This document shows positions 10,565-22,000 of a DNA stretch of 32,000 nucleotides, one piece after another (positions within the stretch are counted from its first letter, which is position 1; every line of letters begins with the position of its first letter). The stretch is from the NCBI GenBank assembly GCA_905251635.1, contig CAJNOT010000088.1:56086-88085 (forward strand), written 5' to 3'. Made by a program: the position numbers and the translations under genes. The notes below the pieces were generated by a model. It was not told where the DNA came from. It saw nothing but the letters and a program-made list of their open reading frames with translations, and made no database searches. The DNA comes from Rotaria sordida (lineage: Eukaryota).

Positions 10565-10570
10565 TTTATT
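10565..10570 (-). terminator. Poly(A) signal AATAAA downstream of the cystatin stop
   Basis: Plus-strand tttatt at 10565-10570, about 50 nt 3' of the TAA at 10622-10620. Confidence 0.5.
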
Positions 10571-10619
10571 TGTAAGTTTGAAATGATTTTATTTTAAAAG
10601 AAAAAAGGAAAATTTTCTT

Positions 10620-10967
10620 TTATGATGTTTGACATTGTGATTGTGCAATGTTCTTGGATGAATCAAATCGAACATGGACAACAACTTGACACGTTGTTTT
10701 TTGGCCAGGAGCACCATTGACAGGTGTAGCAGAAAAATCTATTTTATAATTCAATCCATCAACAACTTGAGTTTGAACCTTGATAATTCGAAGATTAGCA
10801 AGGAAAAGATTTTGTGCTTTAGATAAATATTCAGCAGCATAACTTGTCAAAGCTTTAACCTTATCATCATTAACTAAATCTGGACGATCTTTATAACCAC
10901 CAACATTGGGTAAGAAGCCATGACAGGCAACTACTAATACGAGCAGTGCAGCAGCGAGTTTAAGCAT
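10620..10967 (-). CDS. Secreted single-domain cystatin (cysteine-protease inhibitor), intronless, 115 aa
   Basis: The internal ATG at 10967 of the 158-aa ORF gives MLKLAAALLVLVVACHG, a signal peptide. This is followed by the N-terminal Gly segment (NVGGYKD), the cystatin first-hairpin motif QxVxG as QTQVVDG, and two C-terminal Cys residues (TTCQVV..SQCQTS). No intron is needed. Confidence 0.85.
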   Translation of the reverse strand: MLKLAAALLVLVVACHGFLPNVGGYKDRPDLVNDDKVKALTSYAAEYLSKAQNLFLANLRIIKVQTQVVDGLNYKIDFSATPVNGAPGQKTTCQVVVHVRFDSSKNIAQSQCQTS

Positions 10968-11030
10968 CGTTTTTTTGTTGTTGTCAGAAATATAAAGAAC
11001 GATATGAATACGTTTGTTGATACTGGACTT

Positions 11031-11040
11031 CTTTTTTATA
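11031..11040 (-). promoter_or_regulatory. TATA box (TATAAAAAAG) ~70 nt upstream of the cystatin ATG
   Basis: Plus-strand cttttttata at 11031-11040 reads tataaaaaag on the minus strand. The spacing is compatible with a short 5' UTR. Confidence 0.45.
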
Positions 11041-13614
11041 GGAAAGTGATATAAATTTATTTGAATAGGAATTATCTTTGTATAAAAATGAAACAATGAT
11101 GATATTATCAGAGAAAAAAAATAGCATTGAGAACAATATTAACTTTCATCCTATGATCTTTTGGTAAATAATATATGAAACTAGAAGGACAAAAACTATG
11201 ATAGAAGAAAGATAATTGTCAATAAAATAAGCTTCAAAATAATGCCTGATAACCTTGAAAATGATATCAAATTGTTTTCGGTTTCATTTTTGATTGAATT
11301 TTTCACGTCATATGATCAGTCGAACAAATATCTGTTATTTATAGTTTTTTACGTACAAAATAAGAAATACTTTTTCAATATATTCATTATTGAAAATATA
11401 TTTCAATAAAATGAATACCTTCGAAATTAACTATGCTGTATGCAAGTGCTCTGAATACATAGAAACATCGATATTATTTTTCATCTTTAGTTTTCATATT
11501 CCGTAATCGAACTAGATAATTGATACGAATTCATTCATGATTTTAGAAGAAATGTTATAGTTGTATGATTTGAAAAATGATTTCTCGCTAGAATGTGTCG
11601 TATTCACACTCTTTATGAGTTATCTTTCTGCTCTGATTGTCTCTATCAGTTGTAAGATTCATAGATAAAAATATGCAATTAGTAGCTATGAAAATAATTT
11701 TAATTCAGTTGATATACTTAACCGAGGTCAATCATTATGTATCACTGTCAATTACCGTAAATGACTGTTTTTTATACCGTCTGATATTACTGACCGTATT
11801 CTTCGACCATAGAAGGTAATCAAAAAGTTCGTGCACTTTCGAATATTTATTGGTAGAAGAAACATTTTGCTAATCTGTTTACAGTAAATGTTCAATACAA
11901 AGTTTCATCCTTTGAATCAATTTCTAGAATTCGTGAATAGACATTGAATGAAGCTCGTTAGTTATTGCTTTAGCCAAACTTTCTTTTCGTCTTGAAGATA
12001 ACTGAAAATACTACCACTTATATGCAGTCTTGCATTATCACAATACAATCTAATGCAATTTGTTATTGTCGTTCTTTTACTATCCATGCTTTAGATTGTT
12101 CTTTTAATTTAATTTTTCGATAACTTTCCAAGTTTCGTCTTCCGTGACTATATCACATAGTCTTCAGGTACCACTTTCAAATTTGTGTGAATTTAATTAA
12201 AATGTGAACTTTGAAAAAAAATTGCTTTCGATTTCAAACTGAAATGGAATCTTTAGATATATGTAGATAAATACTCTCTTTTTTATAACAATGGATGTCT
12301 TCCAGGTCTACCAAATCCAAATTTTATAGATCAGGATTTGATTAGGAGATTTTTTCTAAACAAACAGGAGAAAAATCAGAAGTTTTTTTTCTCCAAAGAT
12401 CAACCGATAACAAGTAGATTTTTTCATAAAATCCAGTGAAAAACACGAACATTCTTGTAACTTAAGCAAAAAAAAAAGAAAATATCAGATAGGTCTCACG
12501 CAGGAAAGCAAAGTGGTCACTTTTATCAACTTTTGTGACCTGTCTTAATCAAGTAAGTCGGGAGACTAATTATTGTATGTACCAAATGAAGAAAAGAGAA
12601 ACGTAACCAGGTGTATGTCTTAAAACTCTCGAATAAATCTATCTATTTCGATCGTAATATAGTAGCGAAAAAATGGTTTCGGTCACCAGAAAAATTAAAA
12701 GAAGACGGATCAAAAGAATGCTGAAAACTGTAGAACTGAACGGTTTCATGATTTTTTTTAGGATGTTTTTAACTTCGAATGGAGAGCTACTTTTGCTAGA
12801 AAACCGTTGATTTCTTGACCGATAACGATCGAAATACAGTCTAAATATAATCAAATCGAGTGAATGCATATGATGTCAGACTTTTTAGTGCTCTATCTAC
12901 TATACTAGAATAGTCATCGAAGAATACTCAAAATTTCTTCTTTTGGGTGATTTATTTTGGTATTTATTACATTCGAAATTTTCACTTTTCCGATCTTTTT
13001 AGAATTGTCTTTTGAAACTGTTGGATATCTCTATAATCAAGTATATTTTTTATTGTGCTGATATTCTCACATCTGTTCATTTACTCAGGAGACGAAAGTA
13101 AAGCTAAGTATTTTATAAGGATATAACAAAAACCGAAACGAAAAAAAAAAGACAATTCGAAAATGGAGCGTAAACTTTCTAGAATTTTCAGTTTACATAT
13201 GATACATTAGAATATTAAGATTTAAAGATATATATGAGTTCCACATTTCAGCTCCAAAGGAGCCGCGCTAACAAGCTTTTTTTCAAATCTCTTCACTGAG
13301 CAGTCATGCAATCCAGAATAATAAAGTATAAAATAAAAACAATTTAGAAACTTAGTTTCAATTGATCAAAAAAAAAGAAATCTAGTCACTCCATTAAAGA
13401 TCAGTGATAGTTATTAAATGCAACATTTTCGAAAGTAATTAATTATTCTTGTCTCAATAAAATATCTATTTTATGTTTTTTGAATGAAGAATAAAAAATA
13501 CATCATTCAATAAAATTCATAAACTCAATAGATTTATTTCAGATAACAATCAAAAAGTACAGACAAGAAGCAGGGTTAAACATATAACTATATAATATAC
13601 ATGAAAGAAATTCT

Positions 13615-13620
13615 TTTATT
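13615..13620 (-). terminator. Poly(A) signal AATAAA ~20 nt downstream of the 13639 stop
   Basis: Plus-strand tttatt at 13615-13620. Confidence 0.4.
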
Positions 13621-13638
13621 AAAGAAAACAGCTAGTTA

Positions 13639-13938
13639 TTATAGTGCACCAGATGATGTACTCCATGGTTGACTGGCTCCTCCTTGTCCTTCTCCTGCTC
13701 CACCCATACCTTGACCAGTTGCTGTACTGTCGTCAGACTTTTGTCGTTGATTCGATGCTGGACTTATGCTGCTCATACCGGCAAAATTAGAATCACCCAA
13801 GACTGAACTACCTTCTGGTTCAGCTGTCGAAGCTGATCCTAATTGACCTGATGTGCCTGTTGAACGATCAGCACCAACAGAACTAATTCGTGTAGAATCT
13901 GTACTCCTTGCACCTTTTTCAGCTTGTTGTGATGTCAT
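13639..13938 (-). CDS. Intronless ORF for a 99-aa Ser/Gly/Thr/Ala-rich, probably disordered hydrophilic protein
   Basis: ATG at 13938 is the internal Met of the 131-aa ORF. Translation: MTSQQAEKGARSTDSTRISSVGADRSTGTSGQLGSASTAEPEGSSVLGDSNFAGMSSISPASNQRQKSDDSTATGQGMGGAGEGQGGASQPWSTSSGAL*. There is no signal peptide and no TM segment. The ORF is visibly richer in G+C than any other coding sequence in the window. An AATAAA follows the stop. Confidence 0.45.
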   Translation of the reverse strand: MTSQQAEKGARSTDSTRISSVGADRSTGTSGQLGSASTAEPEGSSVLGDSNFAGMSSISPASNQRQKSDDSTATGQGMGGAGEGQGGASQPWSTSSGAL

Positions 13939-16900
13939 CTTTTTTTGTAGTTTGTAGTTGTATGTTGAAGAAAAATAATCGAATGATTTTTGTTGTGTTT
14001 CTTTCTTTCTAATGTTTAGATGGCTATGACTCATTTATTTTGCGTATTTTCTGTTTACTTCACATTATAACTAGTCGTAACTAGGAAAAATTGGACCGCA
14101 TGTTGAAGGAAAAGAGAAAAAAAACACCAGATTGTTCTACCATATCTCATTCTATATAACTGAGGTCAATGAGGATATTTCGTTTGTTCTTAGCGTAATT
14201 CTTTAGTATTCTCATAAAGGAATTCGAATTTAGCTTCGTTTTTCAATCGCCATTTTTGCTCTTTTATAAATGACTAAATAATATCTATATACACATAAAT
14301 ATTTCTAATTATTCAAACTTATCGATGGCATCTTTAATATAAAAAAAATTTGCTCGAAGTTAATTCTAATCCTGATCGTTTTCATTTCTTTTTCTGTAGA
14401 ATGAACAAAAATTTACTATACCTCAAGATGTTTAGTTCTATAGAAAATACCATTCTTTGATATTAAACAAAACAAAGATCACCGCTTTGAATCGCCAACA
14501 GTACCAATTAACTGCTAAGATATATCTGTTAAATATTCCCTAGAGAATTTCTGCTTTTAATAAAGAAATCAGAAATGTATAATAAAATAGACCAGTATTT
14601 TAGTTTAAAGTTGGTCATGTAAAAATAATAACAGCTATATTCTTTCAGGATTATGTTGAATACACCATTGAACAATCGAAGTTGAGCGAATGGTAGTCAT
14701 ATTGGTGACAAATTCAGAAGATTGAAAACTACTCATTCATTCAACTGTACCAGTCAAAAAAATACCAAAAAAGGACAGAATTTCTTAAATAGCAACTCTG
14801 TTGACATTTCAAATATGCTATAGAATTCTCTATGGCTGTTTTAATCTGTTGATGTATTTTTCAAAATTTCTTAAATAAAAAATTTGAAAATACTGTAAAA
14901 AGAATGTTTCCTGATAATACAGTCTTTTGCTTCTGAACAACAGTACTAGGAACCTTGAAAACATAACGTATAAAATTCTGTATCTATTGATGTTAAATTT
15001 TTTATTTTTAGCATCGGACTTGATGAACATTGACTGACATAAATCTAAAGATGTCTTCAGAAAGTAGGAGATCTCAGTTGGTCGGTTGAATAGGTTTCAA
15101 ACTTTTTGGTCGAGAAAAAACACAATAAATACTTTTGTACAGCAGAAAATTCCCTATCGCATAGTCATTATAAAAACAAATTCTATCAATTATATCTTGA
15201 GCCGTTCAAAAAAAATCGAAATTAAAATGTTTCATTCTTTATAGGCCATAGTTATTTCCGATTGAAAATTATTCACTTATAACATAAAGATTAAACTCTT
15301 ATGAAAAAAATCAGAATGTATCACAAGTAATTTTGTCATTAGAAATAATCGAGAACTTCTTTTGATAAAAAACATCAAAATTTTCTCTTCATCTATGTTC
15401 TTATTTTGATTTTATTTCTTTCATAAAATCAAATATAAAGTACAAACTATAATACTCATTCTTCATACATTCATGGTCATTTTACTCGAAATATGTTTAC
15501 TCAATTGATCTCTACATTATAAAACTGGAATGAGAAAGAAAAAAAAAAGATCACTTTTTTCTATCGATACAACTAACAATAACATGTCTCGTTATTGTAT
15601 GGTTTTATTTTATTAGAAGGACATCAATTTTAAACAAAAAAAAAAAATTTTAGAATCCTATTGGCAACAAATCAATGATTAGAAGGATATGGGTGCAACA
15701 AAGACTCAGAATCAGATACACATCCTCTCTTCTACCAAATAATCAATGAAAAGTAAATTTGCGGACAGTAAATCATGTAAACTATTTATAACTTTATTCC
15801 TGATCATAAAACACATTCAAAGGTTCATCGATATAATCGAAAATATAAATCAATAAAAAAAATGCAAGCGTGATATCAATTCATTTATATTAGAAGCAGT
15901 TCGAGGTCATTTAAAAGTACTATTATCGGAGAATTCTATGTCTACAAAATGCTCAATAAAGATGTGTTTAGGACAGTCGCTCGCAAAGACACTTGCTCAC
16001 ATGAGTGCGAATGAAGAGAACACCCAGACCAGTACCAACAACTATCATACCCGTAACGGAACAGCGAGATCTTCCAAACCTGAGCCTGCTTCCACAAAAA
16101 CTTGGACCATTGCTCTCTAATACCTACACTCACATCCTCGAGCAACTGTCCGTCTTCCATTCATTAAATGGCTTCCTTCGACTAACATTTCAATCTAACC
16201 ATAAAGATTAAAATGAACAAAATACGAATATGAATTATCTTCCACTTCAATAATTTAAACAAAATCCATATCTTTGTTTTTCTATGCTTAACTAACTCGT
16301 CATATTCAATAAATCTTACCATTGATACTTGGATACCAACAAGCGAAATAGACAAAAAGAAAAAATAAACACTATGAAACTAGAATTCTCGTTTCTATCT
16401 GTTGATGGAAATCATCACCTTTTTTTTGCTAAAAATATAATAGATGCTTTATGATAATGTAACATTTTCTTACTGAATAAATTCAAATTTTTAAAAAATC
16501 TACAAAATAAAACTTCACTCTATTCAATAGAAAGATTTTTCTTTGAATTCTTTACTTACGATATCGTGTTTTCTGAGCAAAAAAAATGGAGTTTTCGACT
16601 TTAATTAAACCTAGTACATCGTTGCCATGGCATCTTTTATCCAAAATCAACAAATTTACTTTATATACTACTTAATTCTCAATGAGAAAAAAAAAAGTTC
16701 TTTTTTTTTCACAATTCATTTATACAATGTTTAAATCTTGATTTTATTTCATAAAGACAACAATAATCCAAATGACAGAATTGTTCGTGACACTTATTTA
16801 AAATCTACAGTTCATTCACATCAGTTTTTTTCCTCTTCTTTTGTTAACGAAATGAAAAAGTTCGGTGTAGAAAAATAAAAAAAAAATAAAATCAATAGAA

Positions 16901-17020
16901 ATATTTTTATTTAGTCTTTCATTAAATAAATAATTGGCTATTTTTTTTTCTTCTTTAGCGACACAAGACTTTCATCATTTGCACATATAGACACCAAACT
17001 TTCTATCATCGATTTAACGA

Positions 17021-17534
17021 ATGACTGCTGTAATCCTTTTAAAAATTTTAATCATTGCTATACTCTTATTTATCTTCTATGTTAAATTAGGTATAAAAAT
17101 TTTTTTATAAATATACAAAAGATAAAACTTGATTAAATTTAGTTTCGACTCAATTACTTTGTTGGAAATGTGATCCATGTCCCGAGCCTCATGATAATAG
17201 ATCATCATTAGTCTCAGCTGTTACTTGTACATCATCACAAACCATTTGTGTGGTAAAATTATTAATTATAAATTTAAAAACAAAAATTTATTTTTCATAG
17301 AAAAATACAATTCGTGTACTCAATCGAGCTGCTCAAATCTCTAAAGGGTGTGTACAAAGTTGTACACCAAGTTCTTCACATTCTTTTGGTCAAGGTGCAT
17401 TTGTTGATTGTTGTAATACAAATTATTGTAATTTATCGACACGAAATCAATTATCATTAATAATTTATATATTTTTTATTCTCATATATTCTTTCGTTTT
17501 TCTATCATCATCAACAATTGGATTTGTATCTTAA
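17021..17534 (+). CDS. Ly6/uPAR (three-finger, LU-domain) protein with signal peptide and GPI-type C-terminal hydrophobic tail, 3 exons, 137 aa
   Basis: Exons are 17021-17090, 17143-17252 and 17301-17534, with donors gtataa and gtaaaa, acceptors tttag and tcatag, and phases 1 and 0. Translation: MTAVILLKILIIAILLFIFYVKL / VSTQLLCWKCDPCPEPHDNRSSLVSAVTCTSSQTICV / KNTIRVLNRAAQISKGCVQSCTPSSSHSFGQGAFVDCCNTNYCNLSTRNQLSLIIYIFFILIYSFVFLSSSTIGFVS*. It has ten Cys residues, the hallmark CCxxxxCN ending, and a hydrophobic tail after the N-L-S omega-like region. Confidence 0.8.
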
Positions 17535-17690
17535 ATTATCAAAGAACTATTGTCAGAAGAAAAAAATACATATATTTTATTTATGTTCCTTTTTTTTCAA
17601 TGAACATTCATTGTTATTAACGATTGTATTTTATGAAATATGAAAGTACGGCATTCTGAGTGTGAAGAATACACCTATGTACGATATCGA

Positions 17691-17696
17691 AATAAA
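17691..17696 (+). terminator. Poly(A) signal AATAAA ~155 nt downstream of the Ly6 stop
   Basis: Found in the sequence atatcgAAATAAAcatg. Confidence 0.35.
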
Positions 17697-18652
17697 CATG
17701 TATTCGAAGATTCAATTCATTATTAATTACTTATAGAAGAGTAAATGATATTGAACATATTACCATGTTATTTATCTAAATTTAATTTCAATTTAATACA
17801 ATTAGAAAAATATACTGTAATTTTATGATTTATCAACAAAAAAAAAAGAAAATCTGAATTCACTGCCAAGCTAGGAGAGCAATTCCATGACAGCGTTCTT
17901 TATATTATCTGCTGATCATTGAATTGTTCTTCCTTTATTGTACAGCTAATAATAGAAAATTCTTAAAAACAAAATAAAGCTTTAAATCATCGATGATATG
18001 AAAGGAAGAAAGAAGAGAGCAATCCCCATGACAATTTCTCTATTACATATGGCCCAATTATCAAGAAGAGCTCTCTCCTCTACTTTGAAAAACCTTTCAT
18101 TCAATAATAATGATTAAAAAAAAATACATACTGTATTCATATTGTTTGAATACAATTTCTATTCAATTGATAAGTAGGTGTTGAGTACATATATATATAC
18201 ACGTATATGAAGAGTAAAGAATCAATGTATAGTCAATGAAAGAAAAAAATGATATTAACGGAACATTCTCTCAAATGTTTTATTCACTTGGTTCCATCTT
18301 TTTTTTTTTTATAAAACGATGTATCTATTTCACGTTATCATTTGATGAGCTTGTGTTCAATTGCGGAACGGATGATGATTTATATATATATATATCAAAA
18401 AGCAAATAATACTACAATAACGCAATTGGCGAACATCAAATACGAGATGAAGAAAAACAAGAACAAAAAAAAAAAGATGCATTCGTATTCGTTTGCTCTT
18501 CTGTCTCTTTTTTTTTCGAAAGAACCTTTCGTGTTCTTCTAATTTACTCCTCCTCACAACACATACTGACATTTTGAAACTAAGCGAACAATAACAACAT
18601 ACACATACATATACATCTTGTTGTTGATGATTAATGAAATCTATCAATAGCA

Positions 18653-18698
18653 AGCGAATGAATGAGTGAGTGAGTGAGAGAGAGAGAGAGAGAGAGAA
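18653..18698. repeat. Compound microsatellite (GAAT)2(GAGT)n(GA)n
   Basis: Sequence: gaatgaatgagtgagtgagtgagagagagagagagagagagaaat. TA and CA/TA dinucleotide runs lie nearby at ~18384-18398 and ~18598-18616. Confidence 0.9.
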
Positions 18699-19043
18699 AT
18701 AGAGAAGCTTTTCATGGATGATGCCATTTCCAATTTGATGCCGTTTGAACTTTATATGTTGGACGCATACACATATAGATCATGAAGTCTAGCGAGAAGA
18801 GCTAATTGAAATCGTATGATACCTACGATAACATGATTCGTTCGTTGTTGCTTCTTTTTTTTTCTTCATCATTTTTTATACCTCTATCATCATTGCGATA
18901 AAATGAAAACGAACACTTCTATTCCTTTCATTTCTTCAGCTGTTCGATTACATCAATAATAACGAGAAACAAAAAGAAATTTAGTTCGTCAAATACTTGA
19001 TAGTTCGTGCTTTTATATTTTTATATCATTCGGAGGACATAAC

Positions 19044-19049
19044 TTTATT
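19044..19049 (-). terminator. Poly(A) signal AATAAA ~45 nt downstream of the TTI1-like stop
   Basis: Plus-strand tttatt at 19044-19049. Confidence 0.4.
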
Positions 19050-19094
19050 CGAAAAAAAAAAAAAAAAGAGATAAAAGAAAAGAATAACAACTCT

Positions 19095-22000
19095 CTAATA
19101 TTTGTTTAAACAAACTAATAAGTTTGATTTCCATTTAGGATCAATTGTTAACATAGGTTCAGGTTTATAAACTTTCATTTTATTAAAATATCCTTTTCGA
19201 TATTCATTTTCATCATGTAAAATTAATTGTAACCAAATTATATCCGAATATTTATCTATTAATAATATTAATTGTTCATATGCATTTAAAGCTAATTCTT
19301 CAATTTGTAAATATTGAAAAAGTATTAAAATAATTTTTTCAATATCATTTATATTTATTGTTATTGCATTTATAATTGTTCCTATATTTATTAATAGAAA
19401 TTTCATATAACGATATTCAAGTTTATTTGTTGATGATATTAAACGATTATTTTCAAGATGTTGTATAAGTATTGGTAATATATCTTGTCGTATACGACGA
19501 TCAACAAAATCTGAACATATATTACATAAACATTGTATTGTTGTTAAACAACGTATACGTATATTATAATCTATATCATAAAGACGATAAATAAGACCTG
19601 GCCATAATTTATGTACTAATGGTAAAAATAAATTTTCATCTATAGTTGAAAGTAAATGTGCTAATGATGGAAATGCATCCAATACATATGAACGTACATG
19701 ATTATTTGAATGTGATATAAAATGTTGAAAAACATCAACTATTGATACAAGCATTTTATGCCATGGATGTTTATCTTGTTTTTTTTCATCATTATTATCA
19801 TCATCATCATCACCATCACCATCACCATCATTGTTATTGTTATTTAATTCGTTATCTGAAGAATTTTGTGGTGCATATTGTTGTTGTAAATTAAGAGTAA
19901 AATCAGTTAAAGATTTTGTTTGTTGAGATATTAATGTTGATTTAAGTTTGGTGTTTTTATCAACTATATCAAGAACTTGTTGACAAAAAACATTTAAAAA
20001 TTGAAATGTTAATTCAATACATTCAATTGGTGGTAGACATGATAATTCAAGTAATAATTGTTCAATAACATGTGTCATTATAGGTAAATTAATAACATTA
20101 GTATTACCTAATCGAATAAATTCAATTAAAATTAAATAACCATCATATGATGATGTTTGTAATTTTTTAAGTGAACTATCAATTATATATTCAGATTGTG
20201 ATACAAGAAATGATGGTAAATTATTTGATATTGATGTTAAACATAATAATGATGTTTGATGTATAATTGTATATTTTGATGAATGACAAAGTAGAAGTAA
20301 TGGAATATAATCAATAAGATGTTCAATTTGATCAATACGAGTTATTGTACGAATACATTGAAGAAGAAAATAAATGGTTAGATTTCGATTTGATATAGGT
20401 TCTTCTAAAATTCAATAGAGAAAACAAAACAAATAGACAACATGGAGATGTTTTTAGTTTTTTGATGAATAAGAAAAGGTAAAATTTTGATAACAAAGAG
20501 TGTAGCTTGTGTCGGGATGTTTGTATAGATGTGGATGAGGATGAGGTTTCTACTACATCCACATTTGGTACTCACACTAGGGTTCAGCGGTTCAAAAAAA
20601 AAATACTGAAACCCAGAACTGAGCCAGAATCGCTTTTCCTCATTTTTAGTAACCGAAACCGTCGAACTTTAACTCATAGTCACACTCGAAAGATCTTTCA
20701 AGAATATTATGATATGATTTAACGTAAGATTTTACTGCTTGTATGTTTGTCATAGGTAATTTCAACGAAATTTTTTTAATCTGATTCTTCAGATTGCTTC
20801 GAGAGATGTGAAATAATGCATATTACACATTTCCCAGACCATCCTGATGATGATTCTATTGTAGTCATGTCAGAATTGGCTGGTACTTTTAGAGTATGAT
20901 CCGTTGAATGGGTTCCGACCTTGTTCAATAGATAATGAGTTTTATTTCAATAGTATTTTCTATTGGCATGCTCATCAATTAGACATTATAAATAGTTTTA
21001 ATATCACTATTTTCTACACTATATACACTTTAGAAAGTCTCGTAGTCATAAATAACTTTTATTAGATTCTTGATTTTTTTTCGAATAGTAAGCCATATGC
21101 TATAGGTATGTAATATTAAACTAATAAAGTTTAAAATTTATGAAGTCTGCTATGGTAAATAAATTCGAATTTAGAAGCTTCGTTATTTCATGCTAGTGGA
21201 TTTATGTTTATCTATTTTTTTACTAAAATGATTTAAGGTTTAATTCAAATACCTTGTTTCAAATGACTTTTTTTTCTTTTTTTTGTTGGTTTTTGATAAT
21301 TATCATCACAAATTAATTGACTAAGTAATGATAAAAGTACTTGATAATCTTCAAAATTATTCAAATTTTTTTCTTCAAATATAATTGAAAGAAGATAAAA
21401 TATTTTTTGATTATTTTCATTGATAATTTTCTTTTGATTAATTTGTTCAAATAAATAATCAATAAAATTTGAATGTGATGATGTAAATAATTTAATTATT
21501 TGTTCGATTTCATAATGTACATCTGATTTTAAATGTTTATAAACTGAATTATATTCATTTAAATCAAAATTTTTCGTTGTATTATTAGTATTTGATAATG
21601 AACTTTCATTAAGTAGATTAAGATTACTTCGTATTAATGTATTAAAATCAAGTGTATTTAAAATAAAACGAAATAATTTATCAGTAAATGCATCCATATC
21701 AAAAAGAAAATCAATATGACTATGAATAAATGTATAATAACCAATAAATAATTGTAAACGCCAACGACGATCAGTTAATATTGATGATGAAGATATTTGT
21801 TGTTGTTGTTGTTGTTCAAGTAATTGAAATAAATCAGCTTGGCATTCGATTAATAAATGATCGGATAGAATTATATTTGATGAATTAAGAATTTCATTTA
21901 TAAATTCAGTTTCATATGTAAGAATAGATGATTCTGATGACGATGGTTGAGATAATATGACGGGTAATGATTCGATCGGCACTAAAATAAGAAAAAACAC

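Noticed and set aside
12485-12590. Small perfect hairpins (ggtcac-N16-gtgacc, and gtctc...gagac) that could indicate a structured ncRNA
   Set aside because: The stems are only 5-6 bp and have no conserved box motifs. This is expected by chance in 32 kb of AT-rich sequence.
18342-18653. Overlapping 66-aa (plus) and 98-aa (minus) ORFs
   Set aside because: They are built from poly-A/T, TA and CA simple-sequence runs, and the products are homopolymer-like (KKNKNKKKK, FFFVLVF). They are not credible coding sequence.
20332-20722. ORFs of 76 aa (minus) and 71 aa (plus) near the TTI1-like exon 3 boundary
   Set aside because: The minus ORF is exon 3 sequence read in a shifted frame and continuing into the intron. 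The plus ORF lies in the intronic repeat terminus. Neither is needed for, or compatible with, the phase-consistent three-exon model.
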